A DNA stretch of 64,000 nt from an uncultured Chloroflexia bacterium (GCA_963726245.1 CAVSBT010000025.1:1-64000), one strand, 5' to 3'; shown: positions 52,291 to 63,429, counted from the stretch's first letter. The notes: generated by a model not told the origin, from the letters alone. Program-made: numbers and translations.

Positions 52291-53373
52291 TTAACTCAAG
52301 CGCTGGTACTGCTGGACGTTGCGGAGGTGCTCCTCCAGGGTCTCGGCGAAGGCGTGGCTGCCGTCCGGCCGGGCCACGAAGTACAGGTAGTTGGTCTGCG
52401 CCGGATGCGCCACCGCCTCCAGCGAGGCCAGGCCGGGGTTGGCGATGGGCCCCGGCGGCAGGCCGCCGTTCACGTACGTATTATAGGGCGAGTCGACTTG
52501 CCCAGGTCTTCCGTGGTCAGCGCCTGCTTCCAGAACCCGAAGCGTTCGACGCTGGCGGGGTCGCTGGCCAGCGCGTACTGGACGGTGGGGTCCGCCTCCA
52601 GGGGCATGCCCAGGCGCAGTCGGTTGAGGAAGACGCCGGCGATGATGGGCCGCTCCTCGGGCAGCACCGCCTCCCGCTCAACGATGGAGGCCAGGGTGAC
52701 GGCCTCGTGCAGGGTGAGGCCGGAGGCCTGGATCGCCTGGCGCAGCTCCGGCGTCACCTGGGCGTCGAAGGCGGCGAGCATCCGGCGCACCACCTCCTCG
52801 GCCGTCACGCCGCGTGAGAAGCCGTAGGTGGCCGGGAACAGGTAGCCCTCCAGGCCGGCGCCGGGCGGCCGCTCCGCCAGGAAGGCGAAGTCGTATGCCT
52901 GCAGAGGCCAGGGCGCGCCGGAAGTCGTCGGCCTTCACGATGCCCTCCCGTTCCATGAGCAGCGCCACCTCCTCGGAGCGCAGGCCCTCGGGCACGGTCA
53001 CCATCAGGGGCATGGTGACGCCCTGCCGCAGGCGGCCGATGACCTGGAGGGTGGGCATGCCGCGGTCGAACTCGTAGCGGCCGGCCACCATCTCGTTCTC
53101 GACGCCCATGAGGGCCACCAGGATGCGGAAGAGGCGGGCGCTCTCGATGACGCCGGCCTCCTCCAGCCGCCCGCCGATGTCGCCCGCGCTCTCGCCCGGC
53201 GCCACCTCGACGCTGACGACGTCCGTGCCGGAGGGAGTGGGGAGCGCGGGCAGGGAGGGCTCGTTCTGGAGGACGGCGCCGGGGGTGGCGGAGATCACCC
53301 AGGCCGCCAGGCCAACCGCGACCAGGGCGGCCGCGGCGATGGCCAGGGGGAGCAGCCGGCTGCGGCCCATCAC
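52291..53373 (-). CDS. mltG: endolytic transglycosylase MltG (frameshifted)
   Basis: [44 protein letters not shown]. Confidence 0.93.
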
Positions 53374-53878
53374 CCCTGCGAGGCGGCGTCGGGCGCCGGC
53401 GGCTGTCCAGGTAGGCCTGGAGGATGAGCGTGGCAGCCAGGGCGTCCCGTGCCCCCTGGCGACGCTCGGGCGCCGCCGCTGCTCGCTGGCGCGTTGGCGG
53501 GCGTCGCCGCCGTCTGCCGGCGACGGGCTCGGGAGGCGCCAGAGCGCGCTCGGCGGCGACGGTGCTCAGCCGCTCGTCCCACATCTCCAGCGGCCGCGCG
53601 ATGGCCTCCGCCAGGCGGCGGGCGAACTCCTGCGTGCGCTCCGCCTGCGGCCCGACGCTGCCGTCCATGGAGAGAGGCAGGCCCACCACCACGACCTGGA
53701 CGTCCTCGCGCTCCACCAGGTCGGCCAGGGCGCGCAGGTCGGCGTCCTCGTCGCGGCGCTCCAGGGTTTCGAGGGGGACGGCTACGCGGCCGTCGGGGTC
53801 GGAGATGGCGAGGCCGATGCGGCGCTCGCCGACGTCCAGCGCCAGTACGCGGCCGGACGGCTGCTCGTCCGGGCACAT
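53370..53878 (-). CDS. ruvX: RuvX/YqgF family nuclease (3' end uncertain)
   Basis: LALDVGERRIGLAISD, VVGLP, WDERLST, DALAA..ILQ.YLD. Confidence 0.92.
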
Positions 53879-53879
53879 G

Positions 53880-56710
53880 CTAGCGGCCCTTCGGGGGAGG
53901 AGCCCTTCCCCGGGGGAAGGGCGGACAGGCTCTCCCGGGCCAGTTTGCGGGCCAGGCCCAGGGCCTCCTCCAGCCGGCCGGGGTCCTTGCCGCCGGCCTG
54001 GGCCATCTCCGGCCGGCCGCCGCCGCCGCCGCCGGTGACGGCCGCCACCCGCTTCACCAGCTCGCCGGCGTGGAGGCCGCGGGCCGTCAGGTCGGGCGTG
54101 ATCATGGCGACGAAGTTGGGCCGCTCGTCGAAGACGGCGCCCAGCACCAGCACGGCGCTGCCCAGGCGGTCGCGGAGCCAGTCGCCCGCCTCGCGCATGA
54201 CCTCGAAGCTGGCCGCCGGCACCTGCCCGGCCACCACCGCCGCGCCGTCGACGCGCTCGGCGCCGGCCAGGAGGGCCTCGGCGGCGCGACGGGCGGCGTC
54301 GCGCTCCAGCGCCTGCGCCCGCCGTCGCTCCGCCTCCAGCTCCTCCAGCAGCGACGCCACCTTCGTCTCCAGGTCGGCGGGGGTGACGCCGACGCGGCGG
54401 CTCAGGCGCTCCAGGAGGTCGCGCTGGGCCTGCGCGTGCTCCTCGGCGCCGCGGCCGGTGACGGCCTCGATGCGGCGCAGGCCGGCCCCGATGCTCTCCT
54501 CCCGCACGATGAAGAAGCTGCCAATCTCGCCCGTGGAGCGGCAGTGGGTGCCGCCGCAGAGCTCCATGCTGTACGCGGCCGCTGCTCCTCCGCCTGCTCC
54601 GGCCAGCCCGGCTATCTCGACCACGCGCACGCGGTCGGCGTACTTCTCGCCGAAGAAGGCGAGGGCGCCGCCGGCGATGGCCTCCTCGTAGGCCTTCTCG
54701 GCGGGGTGGACCTCGATGTCCTCGCGGATCCTCTCGTTCACCAGGCGCTGGACGGCCGCGATCTCCTCCGGCTTCAGCGCCTCCATGTGGGTGAAGTCGA
54801 AGCGCAGGCGGTCGGGCGCCACCAGCGACCCCGACTGGCGGACGTGGGTGCCCAGCACGCGGCGCAGGGCCGCCTGGAGGAGGTGGGTGGCCGTGTGGTT
54901 GCGCATGGTGTCGCGCCGCTTCTCGGCGTCCACCTGGGCGACGACGGCGTCGTTGACGGCGATGCGCCCCTCGACGACGCGGCCGCGGTGGACGGCGACG
55001 CCCTCCCGCGCCCACTGCGTGTCCTCGACGGCGAAGCGGCCCGCCGGGCCGACGATCTCGCCCTGGTCGCCCACCTGGCCGCCGCCCTCGGCGTAGAAGG
55101 GCGTCTCGTGGAGGACGACCTCCGCCTCGTCGCCCTCCTGGGCCGCCTCCACGACCTCGGCGCCGCGCGAAGATGGCGGCGACGGTGCTCTCGTGGCGGA
55201 GGGTGTCGTAGCCGACGAAGACGGGGCTGGACCTGCAGAGCGTCGCTGGGTGACCTGGGCTGAGCCGCTGTCAGCGCTTGGCCTGCCGCCCGCAAGGTGG
55301 CGCTACCGGTGCATAACCCTGGCCGGCCGCTTGAGCCCGCTCGCGCTGCTTCTCCATCTCGCTCTCGAAAGCCATCCTCATCAGACGGTGAAGCCGCGCT
55401 CGCGGGCGATCTCGCGCGTCAGCTCGATCGGAAAACCGTAGGTGTCATGCAGCAGGAAAGCATCCTCGCCGCGCACGATGCCGCGCTTCGCCGCGTGCCT
55501 AGCCGAGAGCTTCCTCTAGGATCTTCCAGGCCCCGGCTCAGCGTCTCCTCGAACCGACTCTCCTCAGGCGCAAGGACTGTCCCCGCATGAACTTCCGTTG
55601 GGCGTCCAGCTCTGGGTAGGCCGAGCAGCATCGTCTGCACGGCGGCATCGGCCACGTCGGCTAGAAGTGGCTCGCTCCAGCCCCAGGTGACGGCGGCCGT
55701 AAGTAGATCGCCCGCCGCATGATCCGCCGCAGCACGTAGCCGCGGCCCTCGTTCGAGGGCATGACGCCGTCGGCGATGAGGAAGGCGGCGGCGCGGGCGT
55801 GCTCGGCCACGATGCGCATCGCCCGGTCCGTGGCCGCGTCCTCCCCGTACTTGCGTCCCGATAGCTCCTCCACCTTGGCGATGATGGGCCGGAAGAGGTC
55901 CGTCTCGTAGACTGAGGTGCGGCGGTCCGGGTCCGGGTTCTGGAGGACGGCGGCCCAGCGCTCCAGCCCCGCGCCGGTGTCGATGTTCTTCTGGGGCAGC
56001 GCGGTGCGGGAGCCGTCCTCGTGCTGGAAGTAGGTCATGAAGACCAGGTTCCAGAGCTCCAGGAAGCGGCCCACGCCGTGCTCGTCGCGGCAGTCCACCT
56101 GGGGGTGGCAGGTGCCCTTCTCGCACTCCGGGCAGCCGGGCGTGGGGCCGAAGTCGTAGTAGATCTCGCAGCAGGGGCCGCAGGGGCCGACGTCGCCGGA
56201 GAACCAGTAGTTGTCCTCCTCGCCGTAGCGCACGATGCGCTCGGGCGGCACCCCCACCTTCCGCCAGAGGTCGAAGGCCTCGTCGTCGTCCAGGTAGACC
56301 GCCGTCCAGAGGCGGTCCTTGGGGAGGCCGATGACCTCCGTCACCAGCTCCCAGGCCCAGGGGATGGCCTCCTCCTTGAAGTAGTCGCCGACGCTCCAGT
56401 TGCCCAGCATCTCGAAGAAGGTGAGGTGGCTGCCGTCGCCCACGCTGTCGATGTCCGACGTGCGGAAGCACTTCTGGACGGTGGTCAGCCGGCGCGAGGG
56501 CGGCTGGGCGCGGCCCTCGAAGTAGGGCTTGAACTGCACCATGCCCGCCGTCGTGAAGAGGAGCGTGGGGTCGCCGAAGGGCACCAGCGGCGAGCTGGGC
56601 ACGACCTTGTGCCCCCGCTCCTCAAAGAAGCGGAGGAAGGTCTTGCGGATGCGGTCGGCGCTCCACTCGCCTGCCTTCGCGGCAGGCGTGGAGGCCCTTC
56701 TCTTGGCCAT
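53880..56710 (-). CDS. alaS: alanyl-tRNA synthetase (many frameshifts, especially ~55150-55700; 3' end approximate)
   Basis: [59 protein letters not shown]. Confidence 0.95.
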
Positions 56711-56747
56711 AATGATACAGCCCCTCTATCGGCCTGTTGGAGGCAGG

Positions 56748-56767
56748 CCTGCCTGCCGGTAGGCAGG
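56748..56767. repeat. CCTGCC..GGCAGG palindrome in alaS leader
   Basis: CCTGCCTGCCGGTAGGCAGG, preceded by a degenerate copy. Confidence 0.8.
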
Positions 56768-56789
56768 TCCGGGGGCCGCCCTATCGAGA

Positions 56790-56819
56790 ATTGTAGGATG
56801 CGCTCCGAGCAGGGGTCAA
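56790..56819 (-). promoter_or_regulatory. sigma70 promoter for alaS
   Basis: TTGACC-N18-TACAAT. Confidence 0.7.
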
Positions 56820-56840
56820 GGATTGGGGGAGGCCATCCAC

Positions 56841-56893
56841 GTAGGGACAGAGCTTTAGCTCTGTCCAGGGCCGAGCTGAAGCTCGGCCCCTAC
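56841..56893. repeat. REPIN-like inverted pair of GTAG-REPs
   Basis: GTAGGGACAGAGCTTTAGCTCTGTCC A GGGCCGAGCTGAAGCTCGGCCCCTAC. Confidence 0.88.
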
Positions 56894-57406
56894 AGCAACA
56901 CCAGCAGCGGAGCGCCCTGCTCGACGCGCTGGCCGGCGGAGACGTAGACGGCCTTCACGGTGCCGTCGTGGCGGGCGCGCAGCTCGTTCTGCATCTTCAT
57001 GGCCTCGATGACCACGACGACGGCGCCCGCCTTCACCTCGTCGCCCGGAGACACGTGCACCTCCCGGATGACGCCCGTCATGGGGGAGGCGAGAACCCAC
57101 TCGCCGGCGAGGCTGGGCGCTTCCGGAGGCCTGACGGCCGCCGGCGAGACCCTTGTGGGGCGCGTCGTCACGGCGTAGGTGTGGGCGTCGATGATGATCT
57201 GGTAGCCGTGAGGGGTCTCTTCGGCGAAGAAGTCGCAGGGGCGGTTGTCAACGATGATGGAGTAGTGGGCGGATTGGCTGATGCGCTCCAGGCTGACCGG
57301 GAATGAGACGCCGTTCAGCGTTGAGGTGGAAGAGCCCGCCTTCTTTCTCCTCCACCTCTACCTCGGCTTCGCGGTCGCCCAGCCTCAACTGATACTTCGA
57401 CGCCAT
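56890..57406 (-). CDS. biotin carboxyl carrier protein (frameshifted)
   Basis: SPMTG, EAMKMQNE, V..GQ.VE.G..L. Confidence 0.9.
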
Positions 57407-58910
57407 CCCATGCCTCGCCCCTCGAAGGCGGCTGCGCGCCCGGCGCGGCGCCACGCGGCTGCCATTGGCGGCGGGCGCCTCGGTTAGGGGAGCCGAGCGT
57501 CGCTTCAGGTGGGTAAGCAGGGCGGTCGCCAGAAGGGCAACCTGCTCGCTCGTGCCGTCGCTGGGCGGCGCCATCGAGAACTCCTTCTCCAGGAAGGAAG
57601 TGGAGATATCGCCGGCCAGGAAGCGGGCGTCAGCCAGCATCTGGAGATGGAAGGGGATGTTGGTCTCGATGCCCACGATGACGAACTCGCTCAGGGCGCG
57701 CTGCATGCGCTGGATCGCCTCGCTGCGGTCGCGCCCCCAGGTGATGACCTTGGCGACCATAGGGTCGTAGTGGTAGGGGAGCTCGGAGCCGGAGAAGAGC
57801 GCGCTGTCGACGCGGACACCGGGGCCGCTCGGCTCTGCCAGGTAGTCGATGCAGCCCAGCGACGGCAGGAAGTTGTCGAACGGGTTCTCGGCGGTGACGC
57901 GGCACTCCAGCGCCCAGCCGGAGAGGCGCACGTCCTCCTGTCGAAGGGAGACGCGTTCGCCGGCAGCGATGCGGATCTGCTCCACTACGAGGTCGGCGCC
58001 CGACACCAACTCCGTCACGGGGTGCTCCACCTGGAGGCGGGTGTTCATCTCCAGGAAGTAGAAGCGGCGGTCCCGGTCCATGAGGAACTCAACGGTGCCG
58101 GCGCTCCGGTAGCCGGCCGCCCTCGCCGCCGCTACCGCCGCCCGGGAGAGCTGGTCCCTCAAGGTCGGCGTCCACGGCCGTGGAGGGGGACTCCTCGATC
58201 AGCTTCTGGTAGCGGCGCTGGATGGAGCACTCGCGCTCGCCGAGAGCGACCACGTTGCCGTGGTCGTCGGCCAGGACCTGCACCTCGATGTGGCGAACCG
58301 GCTCCATGTACTTCTCGATGAAGACCGCGTTGTCCCCGAAGGCGGAGAGGGCCTCGCTGCCGGCGACGCTGAGGGCGGCCTGCATCTCGCCGGGGTCGTT
58401 GACCAGGCGGATGCCCTTGCCACCGCCGCCGGCCAGGGCCTTGATGATCACCGGGAAGCCGATGTCGACGGCGGCCGCTTCCGCCTGCGCCAGGTCGTAC
58501 ATGGCGTCGGTGCCGGGCACGACGGGCACGCCGGCCTCGCTCACCATGCGCCGTGCCGTCACCTTGTCGCCCATGCGCCGGATGGCGTCGGGCGGCGGGC
58601 CGACCCAGACGATGCCGGCCTTCTGGCAGGCCTCGGCGAAGTCGGCGTTCTCGGCCAGGAAGCCGTAGCCGGGGTGGATGGCGTCGACGCGCGACCGGCG
58701 GGCCACCTCGATGATCTTCTTGATGTTCAGGTAGCTCTCGCGTGGAGGAGCGGGCCCCAGGAGGTGGGCCTCGTCGGCGTAGCGGACGTGGAGGGCGTTG
58801 CGGTCGACGTCGGAGTACACGGCGACGGGGGAGATGCCCATCTCGCGGCAGGCGCGCATCACCCGCAGGGCGATCTCGCCCCGGTTGGCGACCAGGAGCT
58901 TCTTGAACAC
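57385..58910 (-). CDS. accC: biotin carboxylase subunit of an acyl-CoA/pyruvate carboxylase (frameshifted)
   Basis: LVANRGEIA, HPGYGFLAEN, GGGGKG, ERECSIQRR, EMNTRLQVEHPVTE, YDPMVAK. Confidence 0.92.
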
Positions 58911-59029
58911 CGAGAGCTTCTCCGGACGGGGCAGGAACAACTCAACAGGCCCTCTATCAGGGCCTGTACTTCATTTGTAACACACGTGGGGCCGGCGCGA
59001 CAAGCGAAGGGGCCGCGCGGGGGGCCCCT

Positions 59030-59056
59030 GGCGGAGTCAGACCGCTCCGCCCCTAC
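59030..59056 (-). repeat. GTAG-REP-like palindrome overlapping the thrS stop
   Basis: Reverse complement GTAGGGGCGGAGCGGTCTGACTCCGCC. Confidence 0.7.
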
Positions 59057-60788
59057 CCCCTGCTCGCCACCTCGTCCTTGAGGCGGTCGATGACCTGGAG
59101 AAGGGGTAGGGCGCCCAGGTCCTCGCCGCTGCGACAGCGCACGGCCGCCGCCTCCGCCGCCATCTCCTTGTCGCCCACGACCAGCATGTAGGGCACCTTC
59201 TGAAGCTGGGCGTCGCGGATCTTGGCCTGCATGCGCTCGCCGCGCTCGTCCACCTCGACGCGCAGGCCGGCGGCGCGCAGCTCGCCGGCCACGCGGTGGG
59301 CGTACTCGACGTGGCGGTCGGCGATGGGGATCACCGTCGCCTGCACGGGGGCCAGCCAGAGGGGGAAGGCGCCGCCGTAGTGCTCGATCAGCACCCCCAG
59401 GAAGCGCTCCATCGAGCCCAGCAGGGCCCGGTGCACCATGTAGGGGCGGTGCTCGCGGCCGTCGTCGCCGACGAACGCCAGGTCGAAGCGCTCCGGCATG
59501 TTGAAGTCGAACTGGATCGTCGTGCACTGCCACTCGCGGCCCAGCACGTCCTTGATCTTCACGTCGATCTTGGGCCCGTAGAAGACGCCGCCTCCCTCGT
59601 CCACCTCAAACGGGAGGTTGGCGGCCGCGATGGCGCGACGGAGGGCATCCTCGGCCATGTCCCAGTCCTCGAGGGTGCCCACGAACTTGTCGGGCCGCGT
59701 CGACAGGTAGACCTGGAACTCCTGGAAGCCGAAGGTGCGCAGGAAGAAGAGGGCGAAGTCGACGGCGCGCCGGATCTCGTCCTCCACCTGGTCGGGGCGG
59801 CAGAAGATGTGCGCGTCGTCCTGGGTGAAGCCGCGGACCCGCAGGAGGCCGTGGAGCACGCCGCTGCGCTCGTAGCGATACACCGTGCCCAGCTCGGCCA
59901 GGCGCATCGGCAGGTCGCGGTAGCTGCGCGTGCTCGACCGGTAGATCTGGATGTGGAAGGGGCAGTTCATGGGCTTGACGAAGTACTCCTGCCCGTCCAC
60001 GTCCATCGGCGAATACATGCTTTCTTTGTAGAAGCCGAGGTGGCCGCTGGTCTGCCAGAGCGTCGACTTGCCGATGTGGGGCGAATAGACCAGCTCATAG
60101 CCAGCCGGCGTAGTGCTCCTGGCGCCAGAGGTCCTCGATGATGGTGCGGACGCGGCCGCCCTTGGGGTGCCAGTAGACGAGGCCGGGGCCGAACTCCTCG
60201 TGGAAGCTGAAGAGGTCCAGCTCGCGGCCCAGGCGGCGATGGTCGCGGCGCTGCGCCTCCTCCACGCGCTGCAGGTAGTCGTCCAGCTCCTCCTGTGTCT
60301 CGAAGAGGGCGCCGTAGATGCGCTGGAGCATGGGGTTGCGCTCGTCGCCGCGCCAGTAGGCGCCGGCGATGCTGGTGAGCTTGAAGGCCTTGACCTGCCC
60401 CGTGCTCTCCACGTGGGGCCCCTCGCAGAGGTCGAGGAAGGGGCCGTGGCGGTAGAGGCTGACCTTCTCGTCCTCGATGCCGTCGATGAGCTCCAGCTTG
60501 TAGGGCTGGCGCGGCGAAGAGGCGGCGCGCCTCGTCCTTGGGCGCCTGGCTGTGCTCGAAGGGCTGGTCGGCGGCTATCGACTGGCGCATGCGCTCCTCG
60601 ATGACCGCCAGGTCGTCCATAGTGAGGCTGCGCGGCAGCTCGAAGTCGTAGTAGAAGCCGCTCTCGATGGGCGGGCCGATGCCGAACCTGGTTTCGGGGA
60701 ACATCGAGAGGACGGCCTCGGCCATGATATGGGAGGCGGAGTGCCGCATGCGGTACAGGCGGTCCTCGTGGCTCTTCTTGTCGTTCAT
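59053..60788 (-). CDS. thrS: threonyl-tRNA synthetase, short form lacking the N-terminal TGS domain (frameshifted)
   Basis: [45 protein letters not shown]. Confidence 0.96.
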
Positions 60789-61075
60789 CTTAGAATCCCC
60801 CGACGCTTTGCAATCCGGATGCCTGCGACCCAGCTAGCCCAACTCACCAATCCCAGCAGAACCAAGAGGCTACCAACGACGGCTGCGCTGCCCCAATGCC
60901 TAGACGCGATTGTCCAGACAAACACGCCCACCACCGCCAGTCGCACAAGCGTCTGGGGAGCCGTCAACAACGGGGGCAACCGGCCTCGGCCAGGCGCGAG
61001 GGTCTGTAACTCGCGCCTCATCTGGTAGGTCGGGCTAAGGAGCCACAGGATGATCGCCAAAGCCCTTGACCGCAC
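60785..61075 (-). CDS. small hypothetical membrane protein
   Basis: AGGAG RBS, GTG start, hydrophobic helices, ATGA overlap with thrS. Confidence 0.6.
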   Translation of the reverse strand: MRSRALAIILWLLSPTYQMRRELQTLAPGRGRLPPLLTAPQTLVRLAVVGVFVWTIASRHWGSAAVVGSLLVLLGLVSWASWVAGIRIAKRRGILR

Positions 61076-61091
61076 GGCGGCGGCGCTCCTA

Positions 61092-61335
61092 TCAAACGAA
61101 ACGCCTCCCTATCCCTCGCGGGACGGGAGGCCCAGCCTCTCGTGGTTCCACCCACGTTCTCCGCCCTAAGGCGGACTCGTTAGGCCGCTAACGGGTGCCT
61201 CCGGGGCCGGCTACGGTGGGAGCCTCGCCGGCCCAGCTCTGAGGTGGTTTTCGCGGTCGAATCGGCGAGGGGGCTTCCAGCCTGTGACCCCCTTCTCTGT
61301 CCGCCTGACGGCCGCTACTCGTCCTCGTCTCTGCT
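61092..61335 (-). ncRNA. T-box riboswitch, Thr (ACC) specifier
   Basis: AGTA bulge, AGAGA and GCTG motifs, GAA-A-ACC-A specifier (61246-61248), CCGTTA, GGTGGAACCAC T-box, GC stem with U-rich terminator. Confidence 0.93.
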
Positions 61336-61435
61336 ATTGCGGGTGGGGCATCGCCGTAGCCCACACCCTATCCGACTTCACGTCGCAAGGATACCACAGA
61401 ATCGCGCCCAAGGCGGACACCGTGCGCGCGGCGGC

Positions 61436-62428
61436 CTATGACTGCAGAATGTAGCCCTGTGGGTTCACGACGATGATGCCGTCGTCGCCCAGGTCCTGCT
61501 CAAGGCCGCTGGGATCATCTCCCATGCTGGTCTCGATGAAGTAGGCGGTATCCCCCTTGTCGATGACGGTCTGTGCATCTCGGTACTGAGAACTGAGGGC
61601 CTTCAATGTCACACGGACCTTGCCACCCTCGTCCTGTACCGAAAGCTCGAAGCCGGACAGCGCCCTCTTGGTCTGAGAGCTAATTTCGCCGGGGTAGAGC
61701 TGAAACGCGTAGCGCTTGTATGGCGAGTCATCGAATCGAACAGACGACGGCACCCCGGCCGAAGGAGCGGGCGTCGGAGTCGTGCTAGGAGGGGTAGGCG
61801 ATGTCTGGGCGGGGGATTGTTGGGCGGCGTTCGATGACGAGGAGGCGATGGATTGTTGGGGCAGCGCCGGGCTGCCGCCTCCGGCGCCCCCCAAGAGGAA
61901 GGCCAGCCCCAAGACAACGGCGGCGACTAAGGCGGCCGCGGCGGACTGGACAGGCCACGCCGCTCGGGCGGGCAGGGGCCTCTTGGCTGTCCTCGCCCGG
62001 CGCTCACGAGGCCGGCCCGACGGGGAAAGGCGCGGCAGGACGTTATCGACCTGCCACGAGCGCACTGGGTCAATCGCCAGCCCGCTGGCCAGGGCAAGCA
62101 GTCCCACGTCGCGTATAACCAGGTCGCTTACGCCACCGTCCAGCCAGAGTCCCAGCACGACCCCCGAGAGGAGGCCCATCGCCAGCAGGCAGCCGGGCAC
62201 ATACAGCAGGCCAAGGATAACGGCGCTGGCCGATACGACCAGGAGATAGCCGTGAAGATGTATCAGGTCGTTCAGCGCAACGGGCGAGTGGTCGGCTACG
62301 AATGAGGGGACAAAGACTGCCCAGTCGGAGGGGTGGCGAAGCTCTTGAATACCAAACCAGCCTAGGACGAATCCCAGGCCGACACGCATGACGATGTGTC
62401 TGACACCGCCTCTATCGAGGTAACGCAC
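61436..62428 (-). CDS. DoxX-like membrane domain fused to an unknown extracytoplasmic domain
   Basis: RVGLG.V.GWFG, RDVGLL, extra TM, S/P/T linker, YFIETSMGDD...LGDDG. Confidence 0.75.
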   Translation of the reverse strand: MRYLDRGGVRHIVMRVGLGFVLGWFGIQELRHPSDWAVFVPSFVADHSPVALNDLIHLHGYLLVVSASAVILGLLYVPGCLLAMGLLSGVVLGLWLDGGVSDLVIRDVGLLALASGLAIDPVRSWQVDNVLPRLSPSGRPRERRARTAKRPLPARAAWPVQSAAAALVAAVVLGLAFLLGGAGGGSPALPQQSIASSSSNAAQQSPAQTSPTPPSTTPTPAPSAGVPSSVRFDDSPYKRYAFQLYPGEISSQTKRALSGFELSVQDEGGKVRVTLKALSSQYRDAQTVIDKGDTAYFIETSMGDDPSGLEQDLGDDGIIVVNPQGYILQS

Positions 62429-62520
62429 GATTCTCCCTCTCTCCGCCTGGCTCCGCCGCCGCATCAGCCGGTGCACTCGAAGGCCGGTGTGAGCAGTGGC
62501 TTCTCTGAGTCTCAGCGGAG

Positions 62521-62597
62521 TGGTGGGCGGTACTGGACTTGAACCAGTGGCCTCCGCGATGTCAACGCGGCGCTCTAACCAACTGAGCTAACCACCC
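62521..62597 (-). tRNA. tRNA-Val(GAC)
   Basis: Cloverleaf, anticodon loop TTGACAT, GGTTCAAGTCC, CCA. Confidence 0.97.
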
Positions 62598-62639
62598 CCA
62601 ATCGAAATGGTAGCAAATCGGCGGTAGCGAGTCAACGTA

Positions 62640-63230
62640 AGTTCAGCTTCCCTGGAAGCAGGAGACAGAAGCCCCCCGACGGCTACGCTTGGCACCGCCG
62701 ACGACTCGGAATCGAGTCTAGTTGTAGATGGACTCGTTCAGTCTCCCCTCAATCTGACCTTAGACGACCTTGTCGCAATGCCAAGCAGCACGGAGTACGC
62801 CAAAATCTACTGCGTCTTTGATCCTGAGACTCCGGTCACCGAAGGTAACTGGACTGGAGTGAGACTTGGACTCGTGCTGGAACAGGCCGGTGTCTCTCCA
62901 GCGGCGATAAAGGTTGCTTTCTACGCTGCCGACGGTTTTGCGACTGACCTGACAGTCACAACGGCCATGCGTAACGATATCCTCCTGGCCTACGAGAAAG
63001 ATGGCCAGCCTCTGACAGAGGGTCTACGCCTGGTGGTTCCGGGGAAGTGGGGCTATAAGTGGATCAGCGAGCTCACCCACATCGCCCTCGTCGACTACGA
63101 TTTTCTTGGCCTTTATGAGAGCGAGGGGTTCTCCGACGAAGCGAACATCCCAGGATACGGGCCCGTGGGCGGCATAGCGAGTTCAGCTTCCCTGGTAGCA
63201 GGACAGAAGCCCGGCGATCTGTTGCACTAG
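62640..63230 (+). pseudogene. molybdopterin-binding (sulfite-oxidase/MsrP-like) oxidoreductase domain, apparently truncated at both ends
   Basis: LVVDGLV..PL.LT.DDL.AMP, CV, WTGVRL, LAYE.DG.PL, LRLVVPGKWGYKWI; no ATG/GTG/TTG after the in-frame stop at 62625 until mid-domain; bounded by direct repeats. Confidence 0.65.
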
Positions 63231-63265
63231 TCGTCGACGCAGAGCCTGTAATACAATGCTTGCGT

Positions 63266-63341
<76 letters not shown>

Positions 63342-63344
63342 AAC

Positions 63345-63429
63345 GGGGAAGTGTCGGAACTGGTAGACGAGCATGATTTAGGATCATGTGCCGCAAGGCG
63401 TAGGAGTTCGAGTCTCCTCTTCCCCACCA
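63345..63429 (+). tRNA. tRNA-Leu(UAG)
   Basis: Anticodon loop TTTAGGA, long variable arm with GCAA loop, CCA. Confidence 0.97.

Noticed and set aside
61160-61175. TCCGCC-CTAA-GGCGGA as a separate inserted palindrome
   Set aside because: It occupies the normal stem III position of the T-box
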